A stretch of 64,000 nt of DNA from Candidatus Nanopelagicus sp. Lineage in GTDB: Bacteria; Actinomycetota; Actinomycetes; Nanopelagicales; Nanopelagicaceae. The translations under genes were made by a program, and so were the position numbers. The stretch covers positions 113,207 to 177,206 of the forward strand of contig CAXNKX010000002.1 of assembly GCA_964203335.1 (NCBI GenBank), given 5' to 3'. Every line of letters starts with the position of its first letter. The stretch's first letter is position 1. This document shows, in pieces, positions 13,466-23,472 of the stretch. The notes beneath the pieces were generated by a model. It saw nothing but the letters and a program-made list of their open reading frames with translations. It was not told the DNA's origin and did no database searches.

Positions 13466-13554
13466 AGTTTCCTCCAGTAATAAACTGCATTAAAACACAC
13501 GGCTACCGCTAGGTCTTAGCCGCTATATGCCTGACCCTTTGGATTGAAAATTAT

Positions 13555-13586
13555 GAAGGGGCAGAGTATCTAACCTCTGCCCCTTC
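13555..13586 (-). terminator. Hairpin downstream of rplL (terminator/attenuator before rpoB)
   Basis: Perfect 12-bp stem GAAGGGGCAGAG / CTCTGCCCCTTC followed by ATAATTTTC on the minus strand. Confidence 0.75.
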
Positions 13587-13602
13587 TGTCTAATTCAAGT
13601 AC

Positions 13603-13986
13603 TTACTTGATAGTGACCTTAGCGCCAGCAGCCTCAAAAGCAGCCTTCGCTTTATCAGCGGTTGCCTTATCAGCCTTCTCCATGATGGTAGCTGGTGTGG
13701 CATCAACTAGATCCTTTGCCTCTTTTAGGCCAAGGCTGGAGTTAAGTGCACGTACCTCTTTAATAACTGCAATCTTCTGAGAACCAGCATCCTCAAGGAT
13801 GATGGTGAACTCATCTTGGGCAGCATCTGCTGCGCCGCCAGCTGCGCCACCGGCTGCTGCTGCAGCAACTGGAGCTGCTGCTGTTACATCAAACTCTGTC
13901 TCAAATGCTTTCACAAACTCTGTTAGTTCAACCAAAGTCATATCTTTGAACTGACCTAATAGATCTGGGGTATTTAGCTTTGCCAT
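13603..13986 (-). CDS. rplL: 50S ribosomal protein L7/L12
   Basis: MAKL..., Ala-rich hinge, [20 protein letters not shown]; start placed at ATG 13986 after AAGGA. Confidence 0.98.
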   Translation of the reverse strand: MAKLNTPDLLGQFKDMTLVELTEFVKAFETEFDVTAAAPVAAAAAGGAAGGAADAAQDEFTIILEDAGSQKIAVIKEVRALNSSLGLKEAKDLVDATPATIMEKADKATADKAKAAFEAAGAKVTIK

Positions 13987-14053
13987 GTTCGTTCCTTTTC
14001 TTTTTGTTCCCGACTCCAACTCTTGAGTATGAGTACGGGGGTTGGGGGTCGGT

Positions 14054-14707
14054 TTAGTTTTCTGTGCTTTCAGCAGCAGGTGCTGCTTCGGCTACAACTT
14101 CAGGTGTTGCATCTTGTGCAACGACTGCTTCTACAACAACTTCAGGAGCTGCTTCAGCAACTGGTGCCTCTGCTACAACTTCAGGAGCTGCTTGCGCAAC
14201 TGGTGGAGCAACTGGTGCTGGTGCACCTGCCTCCATCTTGATGCGAAGGCCATCAAATGTTCTAGCAGCCTTAGACATTGATGCTTTAAGTGCACCGGCA
14301 ATCTTGGCAAGTAGAACTTCGCGAGATTCAAGATTAGCAAGTTGCATAATCTCAGCAGTTGTTACTGCCTTACCATCAAAAATTCCACCCTTAATAATTA
14401 GAAGTGGATTTTCCTTAGCAAAATCACGTAATGCTTTAGCAGCATCAATTGGGTCACCTTTAATAAATGCAACAGCAGATGGACCAGCCAGCATTGCTGG
14501 ATCTAGATCAACACCAGCTTCTTTTGCTGCAATTTTAGTTAAAGTGTTCTTAACTACGGAGTACTTGTTTTTTACGCCAAGTGATCGACGTAGTTGCTTT
14601 AATAATGTAGCGGATAGACCACGGTACTCAGTAAGTACAGTTGCATTTGCGGTGCGGAAATCTTCTGCGATCTCTGCAACAGCAGCGCTCTTATCTGGGG
14701 TTGCCAT
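14054..14707 (-). CDS. rplJ: 50S ribosomal protein L10 with Ala/Glu/Pro/Val-rich C-terminal tail
   Basis: [31 protein letters not shown]; position between rplA and rplL. Confidence 0.98.
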   Translation of the reverse strand: MATPDKSAAVAEIAEDFRTANATVLTEYRGLSATLLKQLRRSLGVKNKYSVVKNTLTKIAAKEAGVDLDPAMLAGPSAVAFIKGDPIDAAKALRDFAKENPLLIIKGGIFDGKAVTTAEIMQLANLESREVLLAKIAGALKASMSKAARTFDGLRIKMEAGAPAPVAPPVAQAAPEVVAEAPVAEAAPEVVVEAVVAQDATPEVVAEAAPAAESTEN

Positions 14708-14725
14708 TTGGCATCCTTTCTAAAT

Positions 14726-14840
14726 AAGAAAAACCTCGGCGCATAAATGCACTCGAGGTAATCGATTACACCTATGCGGGCTGTTTTTCAACAATTACCT
14801 TTTAAAGATTTACTTTAAAAGACCTGCAGTCTTTGGTTTT
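14726..14840 (-). promoter_or_regulatory. Ribosomal protein L10 leader (autoregulatory RNA with terminator hairpin)
   Basis: Minus strand CCAAAGACTGCAGGTC...CAGCCCGCATAGG then ACCTCG..CGAGGTTTTTCTT hairpin plus U tract just upstream of rplJ; resembles the known L10 leader. Confidence 0.75.
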
Positions 14841-14885
14841 CTGTCTTTCTAATTATTTTATTAATTAGCCTGACTGAATAAGCCA

Positions 14886-14915
14886 AGGGTAGGCGGTTAG
14901 GCCTACCCAAGTCAA
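14886..14915 (-). promoter_or_regulatory. Sigma-A-type promoter of rplJL
   Basis: TTGACT-N18-TACCCT on the minus strand. Confidence 0.7.
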
Positions 14916-14925
14916 AATTACTTAT

Positions 14926-15636
14926 TTATTGGATCTGGGCTCCACCATCACGAGCAATTGAGGTATCTAGTTGGATTCCTGGGCTCATAGTTGATGAAAC
15001 GGTCGCTGACTTAATAAAGCGTCCTTTAGATGATGCAGGCTTTGCTCTCATTACCTCTTCGATTGCTGCAGCATAATTTTCAGCAAGTTGTTCAGCGGTA
15101 AATGAAACCTTGCCAATCACAAAGTGCAGGTTTGAGTTCTTATCAACTCTAAACTCAATCTTTCCACCTTTAATATCAGTAACAGCTTTAGCAACATTGG
15201 TTGTAACAGTTCCAGTCTTTGGGTTTGGCATTAAACCGCGAGGTCCAAGAACCTTTCCAAGTCGGCCAACCTTTCCCATTAATTCAGGTGTTGATACAAC
15301 TGCGTCGTAATCAAGGCGGCCTTTTGAAACTTCATCGATTAATTCATCTGCGCCAACAATGTCAGCGCCAGCAGCACGTGCCTCTTCAGCTCGCTCACCA
15401 CCGGCAAAAACTAAAACTCTGGCAGTCTTACCAGTTCCGTGTGGCAAGTTAACAGTAGAGCGAATTGCTTGGTCTGCTTTCTTTGGATCCACACCTAAAA
15501 ACAATGCGATATCAACAGTTGCATCGTATTTAACAGTTGAAGTCTCTTTAACTAACTTCATCGCCTCACCTGGCATGTAAAGATTATCTAACTTAATCTT
15601 TTCAGCGGCGGCCTTATATTTCTTACTGCGCTTCAT
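14926..15636 (-). CDS. rplA: 50S ribosomal protein L1
   Basis: [23 protein letters not shown]. Confidence 0.99.
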   Translation of the reverse strand: MKRSKKYKAAAEKIKLDNLYMPGEAMKLVKETSTVKYDATVDIALFLGVDPKKADQAIRSTVNLPHGTGKTARVLVFAGGERAEEARAAGADIVGADELIDEVSKGRLDYDAVVSTPELMGKVGRLGKVLGPRGLMPNPKTGTVTTNVAKAVTDIKGGKIEFRVDKNSNLHFVIGKVSFTAEQLAENYAAAIEEVMRAKPASSKGRFIKSATVSSTMSPGIQLDTSIARDGGAQIQ

Positions 15637-15683
15637 TTCTTCTCCTCTTAATTAATCTTGAAAGGGTTTTCAAGATTGGGGTT

Positions 15684-15715
15684 GTGGTGTTTGCGAACCA
15701 GCGAGGTTCTCCCAC
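15684..15715 (-). promoter_or_regulatory. Putative L1-binding autoregulatory RNA site between rplK and rplA
   Basis: Minus strand GTGGGAGAACC-TCGCT-GGTTCGCAAACACCAC: GTGG/CCAC and GAACC/GGTTC helices around a purine-rich internal loop; usual actinobacterial position. Confidence 0.65.
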
Positions 15716-15727
15716 ATTTTTTCTTTT

Positions 15728-16159
15728 TTAACTAGAGACGGTAATACCCATCGAACGAGCGGTACCGGCAATAATTCGTGAAGCCATCTCTAAGTCATTA
15801 GCATTTAGATCAACCATCTTTTGCTTGGCTATATCTTCAACCTGTGCCTTAGTTAGATTTGCAACTTTATCTTTATGGGGAACTGCTGATCCCTTTTCAA
15901 TTCCGGCAGCTTTAAGAATTAATCGTGAAGCTGGTGGAGTTTTAGTAATAAAAGTAAATGAGCGATCCTCAAACACAGTAATTTCAACTGGAATGATGTT
16001 TCCTTTTTGGCTTTCAGTCGCAGCGTTATACGCCTTAACGAAGTCCATGATATTCACACCATGCTGGCCCAATGCAGGTCCTACTGGTGGCGCCGGTGTG
16101 GCTGCTCCAGCCTGAATCTGCAACTTAATAAGTGCGGTTACTTTTTTCTTTGGTGCCAT
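15728..16159 (-). CDS. rplK: 50S ribosomal protein L11
   Basis: [28 protein letters not shown]. Confidence 0.99.
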   Translation of the reverse strand: MAPKKKVTALIKLQIQAGAATPAPPVGPALGQHGVNIMDFVKAYNAATESQKGNIIPVEITVFEDRSFTFITKTPPASRLILKAAGIEKGSAVPHKDKVANLTKAQVEDIAKQKMVDLNANDLEMASRIIAGTARSMGITVSS

Positions 16160-16182
16160 GGTTTTTTCCTTTTCTCTTCTCG

Positions 16183-16899
16183 TTAAATCTTTTGTACCTG
16201 ATGAAATGAAAGTTCTACTGGAGTCTCGCGGCCAAAGATAGAGACTAATACCTTTAACTTTGCTTGCTCTGGCATGATCTCAGAGATAGTTGCTGGCAAG
16301 GTTGCAAACGGACCATCCATAACAGTGATGGATTCACCAATTGCATAATCAATATCCTTCATCTCAATCTTGCCGCCCTTCTTAAGTGGGCGTGGAGCTA
16401 AGATGTTTTCAACTTCAGAAAGCGTAAGTGGTGATGGATGATGAGCGTTACCAACAAAGCCGGTAACACCTGGTGTGTTTCTAACACATGACCATGACTC
16501 ATCAGATAATTCCATACGAACTAATACATAACCTGGAAATACGTTGCGCTTTACTACTTTAATTGCGCCATTCTTAAGCTCGCGAACCTCTTCTTCAGGA
16601 ACTTCAATTTGGAAGATAAAGTCCTCCATATTTAAAGATTGAATACGGTTTACTAAATTTCCTTTAACCTTCTTTTCATATCCAGCGTATGAGTGAACAA
16701 CAAACCACTCACCGGGGGCATTGCGAAGGGCGGCGCGAAACTCAGCGTTCTCATCATTTTCTTCACTAACACTCTCATCAGCTACATCTTCAATAACTGG
16801 CGCAATTACCTCTTCAACGACAGGTGCCACCTCTGTTACAGCAAGTGCTGCTTCAAATGCATCCACTGGTGGATTAGCTGGGGTATCAATTGACATCAT
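16183..16899 (-). CDS. nusG: Transcription termination/antitermination factor NusG
   Basis: [42 protein letters not shown]; acidic N-terminal extension typical of actinobacteria. Confidence 0.98.
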   Translation of the reverse strand: MMSIDTPANPPVDAFEAALAVTEVAPVVEEVIAPVIEDVADESVSEENDENAEFRAALRNAPGEWFVVHSYAGYEKKVKGNLVNRIQSLNMEDFIFQIEVPEEEVRELKNGAIKVVKRNVFPGYVLVRMELSDESWSCVRNTPGVTGFVGNAHHPSPLTLSEVENILAPRPLKKGGKIEMKDIDYAIGESITVMDGPFATLPATISEIMPEQAKLKVLVSIFGRETPVELSFHQVQKI

Positions 16900-16914
16900 A
16901 TTTTCCTTGATCCC

Positions 16915-17139
16915 TTAGCCGAATACCCAGAAGGTAATTTTTGTTAAAACTAAATCAAATATTGAAACTACTAAAATAATAAACCCAACGAATACTAAAA
17001 CCACAGCTGTGTAGGTGGTTAATTGATTTCGAGTTGGCCAAACAACTTTTACTAACTCAGAAATAATTTGGCGGTAGAACAGGCCGATGCGACCAAAGAG
17101 CCCTTTGGCTTCTTCAGTTGAGACAATCTCTTCGCTCAT
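16915..17139 (-). CDS. secE: Preprotein translocase subunit SecE
   Basis: ELVKVVWPTR motif plus one TM segment; tRNA-Trp-secE-nusG synteny. Confidence 0.96.
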   Translation of the reverse strand: MSEEIVSTEEAKGLFGRIGLFYRQIISELVKVVWPTRNQLTTYTAVVLVFVGFIILVVSIFDLVLTKITFWVFG

Positions 17140-17195
17140 CTACCTATTCCTTTTCTTTTCAGTTCTTACTTGCTTACTTCTTACCAAACTACTTG

Positions 17196-17269
17196 CAGGG
17201 CAGGAGGGACTCGAACCCCCAACCGGCCGCTTTGGAGACGGCAACTCTAGCCAATTGAGCTACTGCCCT
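17196..17269 (-). tRNA. tRNA-Trp (CCA)
   Basis: AGGGCAG/CTGCCCT acceptor stem, GCCGT-CTCCAAA-GCGGC anticodon arm, GTTCGAG T-loop; 3' CCA not encoded. Confidence 0.97.
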
Positions 17270-17324
17270 TTGTCCCGAATTAAGGCATGAAAAATCATGA
17301 CCTAATACAAGCGCCGGGGGCGAA

Positions 17325-17354
17325 AGTGTAGAGGAGGTAGTAGTCGAAGGTAAA
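17325..17354 (-). promoter_or_regulatory. Promoter of tRNA-Trp-secE-nusG-rplKA
   Basis: TTTACC-N18-TACACT on the minus strand. Confidence 0.55.
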
Positions 17355-17388
17355 ACTGAGATAAATATGAAGCCTCTTTTAAGCGTAG

Positions 17389-18621
17389 ATGGCACACTTA
17401 AGCCCCATGAGCGCATCTGAAAAACCTAGAGTTTCAAAACGAATTGCAGCTATCGCAGAGTCAGCAACTCTTGCAGTTGATAGCAAAGCTAAAGCGCTAA
17501 AGGCAGCCGGGCGGCCAGTAATTGGTTTTGGCGCCGGTGAACCAGATTTTCCAACTCCAGATTACATTGTTAACTCTGCAGTTGAAGCTGCAAAGGTTGC
17601 AGCTAATCACCGCTATACACCAGCTGCTGGATTACCAGAGCTACGGGATGCGATTGTTAAAAAGACTAAACGTGATTCAAATTATGAAATTACCTCTGAT
17701 CAAGTATTAGTAACTAATGGTGGTAAGCAAGCGGTCTATCAAGCATTTGCATCCATTTTAGATCCAGGGGACGAGGTAATACTTCCATCGCCATATTGGA
17801 CTACATATCCTGAGTGCATCAAATTAGCTGGTGGTGTATCTGTTGAAGTCTTTGCCGATGAGTCACAAAATTACTTAGTATCAGTTGAACAACTAGAAAA
17901 GGTGCGAACAGCAAAGACAAAGGTGGTGCTGTTTTGTTCACCATCTAATCCGACTGGATCGGTTTACTCACCTGAGCAGGTTAAGGCTATTGGTAATTGG
18001 GCGCTCGCAAATGGTTTATGGGTAGTAACGGATGAAATTTATGAACACCTACTCTATGACGGTGCCACTGCGCCAAGTATTTGTGTTGCAGTTCCAGCAC
18101 TTGCTGATCGAACAATAATTATTAATGGTGTAGCAAAAACATATGCCATGACCGGATGGCGAGTTGGTTGGATGATTGGGCCAAAGGATGTGATTAAGGC
18201 TGCAACTAATTTGCAATCACACCTTTCTTCAAATGTTTCAAATATTTCACAACGCGCAGCAATTACCGCCCTTACTGGTGACTTATCTGCTGTGCATAAA
18301 ATGGGTGAGGCATTTGATCGTCGTCGTAAATTAATTGTGAAGCTTCTTAATGAAATACCAGGAGTTTCTTGCCCAAATCCAACTGGTGCGTTTTATGTTT
18401 ACCCTTCAGTTAAAGGAGTATTAGGAAAAGAAATTAGAGGTAAGCGCCCTAAAACATCAGCAGATCTTGCGACTTTAATTTTAGAAGAGGTTGAAGTAGC
18501 AGCAGTTCCTGGTGAAGCTTTTGGCCCCTCCGGTTATCTACGCTTTTCTTATGCCTTAGGAGATGAAGATATTATTGAAGGAATTGGTAGAGTTAAAAAA
18601 CTACTTAGTGAAGCTGTTTAG
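17389..18621 (+). CDS. PLP-dependent aminotransferase class I/II (aspartate aminotransferase-like); start may be ATG 17407
   Basis: [36 protein letters not shown] (PLP lysine). Confidence 0.93.
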   Translation: MAHLSPMSASEKPRVSKRIAAIAESATLAVDSKAKALKAAGRPVIGFGAGEPDFPTPDYIVNSAVEAAKVAANHRYTPAAGLPELRDAIVKKTKRDSNYEITSDQVLVTNGGKQAVYQAFASILDPGDEVILPSPYWTTYPECIKLAGGVSVEVFADESQNYLVSVEQLEKVRTAKTKVVLFCSPSNPTGSVYSPEQVKAIGNWALANGLWVVTDEIYEHLLYDGATAPSICVAVPALADRTIIINGVAKTYAMTGWRVGWMIGPKDVIKAATNLQSHLSSNVSNISQRAAITALTGDLSAVHKMGEAFDRRRKLIVKLLNEIPGVSCPNPTGAFYVYPSVKGVLGKEIRGKRPKTSADLATLILEEVEVAAVPGEAFGPSGYLRFSYALGDEDIIEGIGRVKKLLSEAV

Positions 18622-19643
18622 TTTAAATCTACACCAATTAATTGAACCTCTGCCTGTAATTTAATTCCAAACTTTTCATTTACTTTAGCCCTAGCCATTT
18701 TTGCTAGTTCAATAATGTCATCAGCTGTTGCGCTACCAGAATTTGAAAGCGCTAAAACATGCTTACTAGAAATTTGCGCACCAGCTAGTTTTTCTCCCTT
18801 TGTAATTCCAGAGTGCTCCATCAGCCAAGCAGCAGAAGTCTTTACTTTGCCATCTGCTTGTGGCCAGCGAGGTGCATCAATTGGTAACTTATCAGCCGCT
18901 TCTTTACTTAAAATTGGATTAATAAAAAATGAACCTGCTGAATGAATTTGATTTTCTTTTGAATCAAGTAGCATTCCTTTGCGCCCTCTAAGTTCTAATA
19001 CAGCATTGCGAACAGCTTTAACACTTACTCTATCTCCGATATTTACTGATAAATACTTTGCCAACTCTGCATAGGCAATAGGTAGAGATTCTTCACCTTT
19101 TCGTAGTTGAAAAGTAACGCTTAATATTACGTAGCGACCAGATTCTTCTTTAAAAATTGAGTTCCGGTATGAAAATTTACACTGCTCATTTGCAAAACTT
19201 ACTACTTCACCTTTTTTACGATCAAAAGCTTTAACTCTAGCTATTGTTTCACTTACTTCATGTCCGTATGCACCAATATTTTGAATAGGTGCTCCCCCGA
19301 TAGTTCCAGGAATTCCACTTAATGATTCAAGGTCTGCAAAGCCTTTTTCAATAGTTAACGCCACAAATTTATCCCAGTCTTCACCGGCTGAAACTTCGAT
19401 CATTCCGCCACTACAAGCGTCGTAATCAAGAGCGCTTCCTTTACTTTCAACTCTGATCACTGTCCCAGCAAAGCCAGCATCACTGATTAATAAATTAGAG
19501 CCTGCGCCTAAAATTAATACTTGTTCACCGGCCTTATCTGCAGCCTTCACAAACTCAATTAACTCATCTTCAGTATGCGCATGCACAATCTTTCGGGCAG
19601 GCCCACCCACCTTAAGTGTTGTGAAATTTGATAACTGTTCCAT
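18618..19643 (-). CDS. murB: UDP-N-acetylenolpyruvoylglucosamine reductase
   Basis: [43 protein letters not shown]. Confidence 0.97.
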   Translation of the reverse strand: MEQLSNFTTLKVGGPARKIVHAHTEDELIEFVKAADKAGEQVLILGAGSNLLISDAGFAGTVIRVESKGSALDYDACSGGMIEVSAGEDWDKFVALTIEKGFADLESLSGIPGTIGGAPIQNIGAYGHEVSETIARVKAFDRKKGEVVSFANEQCKFSYRNSIFKEESGRYVILSVTFQLRKGEESLPIAYAELAKYLSVNIGDRVSVKAVRNAVLELRGRKGMLLDSKENQIHSAGSFFINPILSKEAADKLPIDAPRWPQADGKVKTSAAWLMEHSGITKGEKLAGAQISSKHVLALSNSGSATADDIIELAKMARAKVNEKFGIKLQAEVQLIGVDLN

Positions 19644-19652
19644 TACCTAAGC

Positions 19653-20339
19653 CTACCGACGTGGTGAGAGGATCTCATTTTTTCCTCTAAATCTTTCTAA
19701 GATCCTTTGATAATTCTTGCGAGAGTTCTTATCTCGGTAATCTGGATCAACGTCGTAGTAACCATGGTGGCGCTCCTGTGTAAGTGGTAGATCAATCTGC
19801 ATTAACTTTCCACCAGCTGCCCTGATTGCAAGTGAAAGTTCAATATCTGCATTTCGATAATACTTAGCACTTGGGTTTGCCCCACCAGCTTTTTGTGCAA
19901 ATACGCGATCAATGGCTAGGAAGTAACTAAAAAGTACATCTACCTCACCCACGCCTTTATCGTCAGTGCTACGCCATTCATCATCTAAATTAACAAGTCC
20001 ACCCTTCCAACCAACTCCTTGGTAGCCAGATTCAAGTTGAGTAAGCGTTGGGGTTATGGGATCGGCTGTAAAAATTGTGGAGGGATCCATAATTACTAAG
20101 TAATCCTCTGTACCAGTACTTAGAAAATGATTAATCACATTTCCCCAACCAAGTGGGTTTTTCTCTTGAGTAATGCTTATCTGCTCAGATTTAAACAAAT
20201 CATCACTTAACCAATTACTTTTACCATTTGCATAGATACTGACCGGGGTTTGAGTGTGTTTTGTTATTGCACTAACACAGGTAATTAAATCTTCTGTAAA
20301 ACCCTCTGCGATTATGCAGATGCGAATTGACCCAGCCAT
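19653..20339 (-). CDS. GT-A (family 2)-like glycosyltransferase-fold protein
   Basis: GWGNVIN, YLVIMDPS, YYRNADIELSLAIR resemble GT2 motifs; no canonical DxD. Confidence 0.6.
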   Translation of the reverse strand: MAGSIRICIIAEGFTEDLITCVSAITKHTQTPVSIYANGKSNWLSDDLFKSEQISITQEKNPLGWGNVINHFLSTGTEDYLVIMDPSTIFTADPITPTLTQLESGYQGVGWKGGLVNLDDEWRSTDDKGVGEVDVLFSYFLAIDRVFAQKAGGANPSAKYYRNADIELSLAIRAAGGKLMQIDLPLTQERHHGYYDVDPDYRDKNSRKNYQRILERFRGKNEILSPRR

Positions 20340-20352
20340 TAGGCGGGTTTAT

Positions 20353-20523
20353 TTAGCGAGTTTCGCGGTGAAGTTGTGAAGATTTGCAGCGAGGGCAAAA
20401 CTTCTTAAGTTCTAAACGATCAGGATCGTTACGGCGATTCTTGCGTGTGATGTAGTTGCGCTCTTTGCACTCAACACATGCCATTGTAATTTTTGGACGA
20501 ACATCTGCACTTTTACTTGCCAT
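20353..20523 (-). CDS. rpmG: 50S ribosomal protein L33, zinc-ribbon (C+) type
   Basis: Manual translation [56 protein letters not shown] (56 aa); AGGAG RBS; missed by the ORF track. Confidence 0.98.
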   Translation of the reverse strand: MASKSADVRPKITMACVECKERNYITRKNRRNDPDRLELKKFCPRCKSSQLHRETR

Positions 20524-20648
20524 GGTTGAGCTCCTAGCCTTGTAGTTAAATTAACTGTTGTTAATTTCTTTGGGTGAGATTACCTGACCTGCATCATTTA
20601 CTGAAATTGATGCGTAATTCTCACCTTACTTCACATCTTTATTACTTG

Positions 20649-20722
20649 TAGCGGAGGCGGGATTTGAACCCACGACACAGCGATTATGAGCCGCTTGCTC
20701 TACCAAGCTGAGCTACCCCGCC
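20649..20722 (-). tRNA. tRNA with CAT anticodon, probably elongator tRNA-Met
   Basis: GGCGGGG/CTCCGCT acceptor stem, AGCGG-CTCATAA-TCGCT anticodon arm, GTTCAAA T-loop; lacks the initiator GGG/CCC stem. Confidence 0.93.
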
Positions 20723-20758
20723 AAACTTTTAAATCCTTCATTATTTATTTGTTAATCG

Positions 20759-20831
20759 AGCCCCCTAACGGAATCGAACCGTTGACCTTTTCCTTACCAT
20801 GGAAACACTCTACCAACTGAGCTAAGGGGGC
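20759..20831 (-). tRNA. tRNA-Thr (GGT)
   Basis: GCCCCCT/AGGGGGC acceptor stem, TTTCC-ATGGTAA-GGAAA anticodon arm, GTTCGAT T-loop. Confidence 0.97.
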
Positions 20832-20844
20832 GAAGTGCTGACTA

Positions 20845-20874
20845 AGGATACAACCCGTCTTTAGTATTTACGAA
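20845..20874 (-). promoter_or_regulatory. Promoter of tRNA-Thr/tRNA-Met/rpmG
   Basis: TTCGTA-N18-TATCCT on the minus strand, -10 box ending 13 nt before the tRNA. Confidence 0.55.
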
Positions 20875-20882
20875 TTGAGCCT

Positions 20883-22277
20883 TTACTTTAGGTAAGCCTT
20901 GCTTGCAATCTCAATTCGCCTACTTTTATATGACTCTGATGCACCAATAATTAGATGTTCAAATGGATTACCGCTTTTAATTAATTTACGTAACTCATCT
21001 GCTTTATCTATTTCATACACTTTTACAACTTCTGTGTGAGTGACTTCAACATCTTTGTGAGGCTTAAACCATCGATAAATTAGAGTTAAACCTTGTAATA
21101 AGGAATAAACAGTGCCTCTCCAACCCCTGCCAAATAGATCTCGTAATTTTAATTTAAATAATGTTACAGAGATTTGTTCTTGCGTTTTCGCAGGCTTGTT
21201 TACTAACTCTTTAAATATATTTGCAACATCTAATGCCCCGGTAACCTTTTCAAGCTTTGCGCAGTTATTTGTTAATTCATTTCGGATACTTGCCAAGGCC
21301 AATTTGGATGCATTTTCTTTAATCTCAAGTAAATTACTTTGATCAACAGTTAGCGCCATTTTATTATCTGCCGCCCATAAAGCTCTAGCGGCTTGATTAT
21401 CAGTACCTCTAGTATTTGGAATAAATAATGTTGGTATTTTTGCAGCCAACTCCTCATGAACGCTGTTATATCCAGCAGCACAAATTGCAGCATCAAATGC
21501 ATTAAGTACATTTGCTAATGGAAAATGACGAATTATTTTTATATCTAGGCCAGCTGGAGCAAGATTATTACCGTTAGAGTCAACTGGTTCTTTAGTTAAA
21601 ACTACTTGTAGATTTGGCCAAGACAATAAACCACTTAGGGCGGCAGTCATTTTTGAATTTAGATCTGCTTCACCTACTCCTAACTGCACCAAAATAGCTG
21701 GTCGCTCATAGTCTAAACCGAGTGTAGTACGGGCATCATTTTTACTAAGTGTTGTTGACGGATTAAAAATCGATATCGGTTTAACTAATACTGAATCTTT
21801 TCTTACTGCAGTTGGTCCTTTGTCATAGCTTTGACCAAAATCTCCAGGAGTAATAATTAAATCCATCATGCTTGATTGTAGGTTTAGTAAATACCTAGTG
21901 CGTGTTTTTTGCCAAAACCCTCTTCGAACCCAAACTAAATTAACATTTGGCCTAACGCTTTTAACTCCGATTATTCCTGGATACGGCACAACTCCATCAA
22001 AGCTAACTATCTTTGCATTTGTTTCATCAATTAATGCAACTATGCGATCTCTTAAGTAGGCATCCCATTCCAGCCTACCCATCCATTTGCGATCACGCCC
22101 TGGTATGTATTCAAATCTCACGCCAGCAATTTTTGGCACTTCAACTACACCAGCAGCCATAGATATGATTATTGGATTAGCAAAACTCTTTAATTCTGAA
22201 GCAATCGCACTTGCCCGTGTTAGATGTCCCATCCCAATACCGTTACTAGTGGCTAGAATTATGGTTGGCTTATCCAT
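20883..22277 (-). CDS. GT-B fold glycosyltransferase (GT28/MurG-like nucleotide-sugar-binding domain)
   Basis: N-terminal TSNGIGMGHLTRA; C-terminal domain DAAICAAGYNSVHE..IPTLFIP..DNQ..RA. Confidence 0.8.
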   Translation of the reverse strand: MDKPTIILATSNGIGMGHLTRASAIASELKSFANPIIISMAAGVVEVPKIAGVRFEYIPGRDRKWMGRLEWDAYLRDRIVALIDETNAKIVSFDGVVPYPGIIGVKSVRPNVNLVWVRRGFWQKTRTRYLLNLQSSMMDLIITPGDFGQSYDKGPTAVRKDSVLVKPISIFNPSTTLSKNDARTTLGLDYERPAILVQLGVGEADLNSKMTAALSGLLSWPNLQVVLTKEPVDSNGNNLAPAGLDIKIIRHFPLANVLNAFDAAICAAGYNSVHEELAAKIPTLFIPNTRGTDNQAARALWAADNKMALTVDQSNLLEIKENASKLALASIRNELTNNCAKLEKVTGALDVANIFKELVNKPAKTQEQISVTLFKLKLRDLFGRGWRGTVYSLLQGLTLIYRWFKPHKDVEVTHTEVVKVYEIDKADELRKLIKSGNPFEHLIIGASESYKSRRIEIASKAYLK

Positions 22278-22314
22278 GAAATTAGTATAACTACATCAAA
22301 GTTAGGCAGACCTA

Positions 22315-23242
22315 ATGAATACCTCGCTATTGCTAATAATTTTAGCTCTGCAAGTATTTGCTGTTTACTACTTAATCAGAACTGCTCGCAACTTGGGTAG
22401 TAAAGCTACAAAAAACCACAATGTTGTGATGGGAAATATAAGCCAAATTAGAGCAGCAACTAGTGAAATCTTGTTAAATCAATTATTAATTCCAGACAGC
22501 AAGGAATTTAAAGCAGTTAATTGGGAGCATGTAGTTTCATTAACTAGCTATCCAGAAAGGTTTAATACCTTAAGCCAAACCCTTAATTCCTTGCTTGCGC
22601 AACGGCTTATCGCAAAAAATATATATTTAAATATTGCACAAGAAGACTTAAGTAAGCTTCCAGATTCAGTAAAGGATTTAACATCTAGTGGGCTGATAAA
22701 GATTAATGCCTGTGAAAACTTAGGGCCAGGTAAAAAATTAATCCCAACGCTAAAGACTAGAAAAAAGTCTTCCTATTATTGTCGTTGATGATGATTTAAT
22801 TTTTGAGACAGATTTAACCTTAAAACTAATGATTGCGCATCATTTATCACCAGGGGCAATAGTGGCAGCTCGCGTGCATAAGATAATTCATACTCCTGAA
22901 GGCAAAATATCTGCTTATAGTAATTGGCAAAAAAACTACTCCTTAAGTGATGGACCATCAATGGATCTATTTGCTACCTCAGGGGCGGGCACGCTATATA
23001 AGGCAGAATTTTTCCATAGCGATGTAACTGATGAAAAAACTTATGCAGAATTAGCATTTCACACAGATGATCTTTGGTGGTTTATCCAAAGTAAACGCAT
23101 TGGTATAAAGACTAAACGATTACCTGGCCAGAGTATTTTAAACTATGTAGATAGAACTCAAGAAACTGGTTTATGGAATAACGGTAACAAAGAAAGAAAT
23201 GATCTAAATCTAAAAGCTTTAATAGAAAAATACTCGCTTTAA
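22315..23242 (+). pseudogene. Membrane-anchored GT-A-like glycosyltransferase split by one +1 frameshift near 22753 (possibly an assembly error)
   Basis: N-terminal TM, VVSLTSYPERF, GPGKKLIPTL; after shifting frame continues LEKSLPIIVVDDDLIF into ORF 22829..23242 (TSGAGTLY, TDDLWW). Confidence 0.75.
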
Positions 23243-23248
23243 TTTTTT

Positions 23249-23333
23249 TGGTGGCGGGTGAAGGATTTGAACCTTCGAAGGCAGAGCCGGGGGATTTACA
23301 GTCCCCTCCCATTGGCCGCTCGGGCAACCCGCC
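23249..23333 (-). tRNA. tRNA-Tyr (GTA)
   Basis: GGCGGGT/ACCCGCC acceptor stem, GGGGA-CTGTAAA-TCCCC anticodon arm, long variable arm, encoded CCA. Confidence 0.98.
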
Positions 23334-23354
23334 AAGGATTGTTAAGCGAGGTAA

Positions 23355-23384
23355 AGTCTAAAGCCTGAGTAGTTGTTATGCCAA
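23355..23384 (-). promoter_or_regulatory. Promoter of tRNA-Tyr
   Basis: TTGGCA-N18-TAGACT on the minus strand. Confidence 0.6.
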
Positions 23385-23472
23385 AACTTCAACTATTTTC
23401 CTTAATTGTAAGCAGTAGAACATACTTATTTTCCGAACTAAATTAATATGAATTAACGAGTAAAGTGTAGAC

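Noticed and set aside
14064-14723. 219-aa plus-strand ORF and other long antisense ORFs (42055..42534, 41114..41566, 6305..6688)
   Set aside because: They are shadows of well-identified genes on the opposite strand, with no RBS or recognisable motifs.
20832-23260. Prophage or integrative element at the tRNAs
   Set aside because: No integrase, transposase or duplicated tRNA 3' end (att) found.
23112-23327. 71-aa minus-strand ORF, and ORFs 17189..17416 and 17087..17290
   Set aside because: They are translations of tRNA-Tyr and tRNA-Trp sequence.
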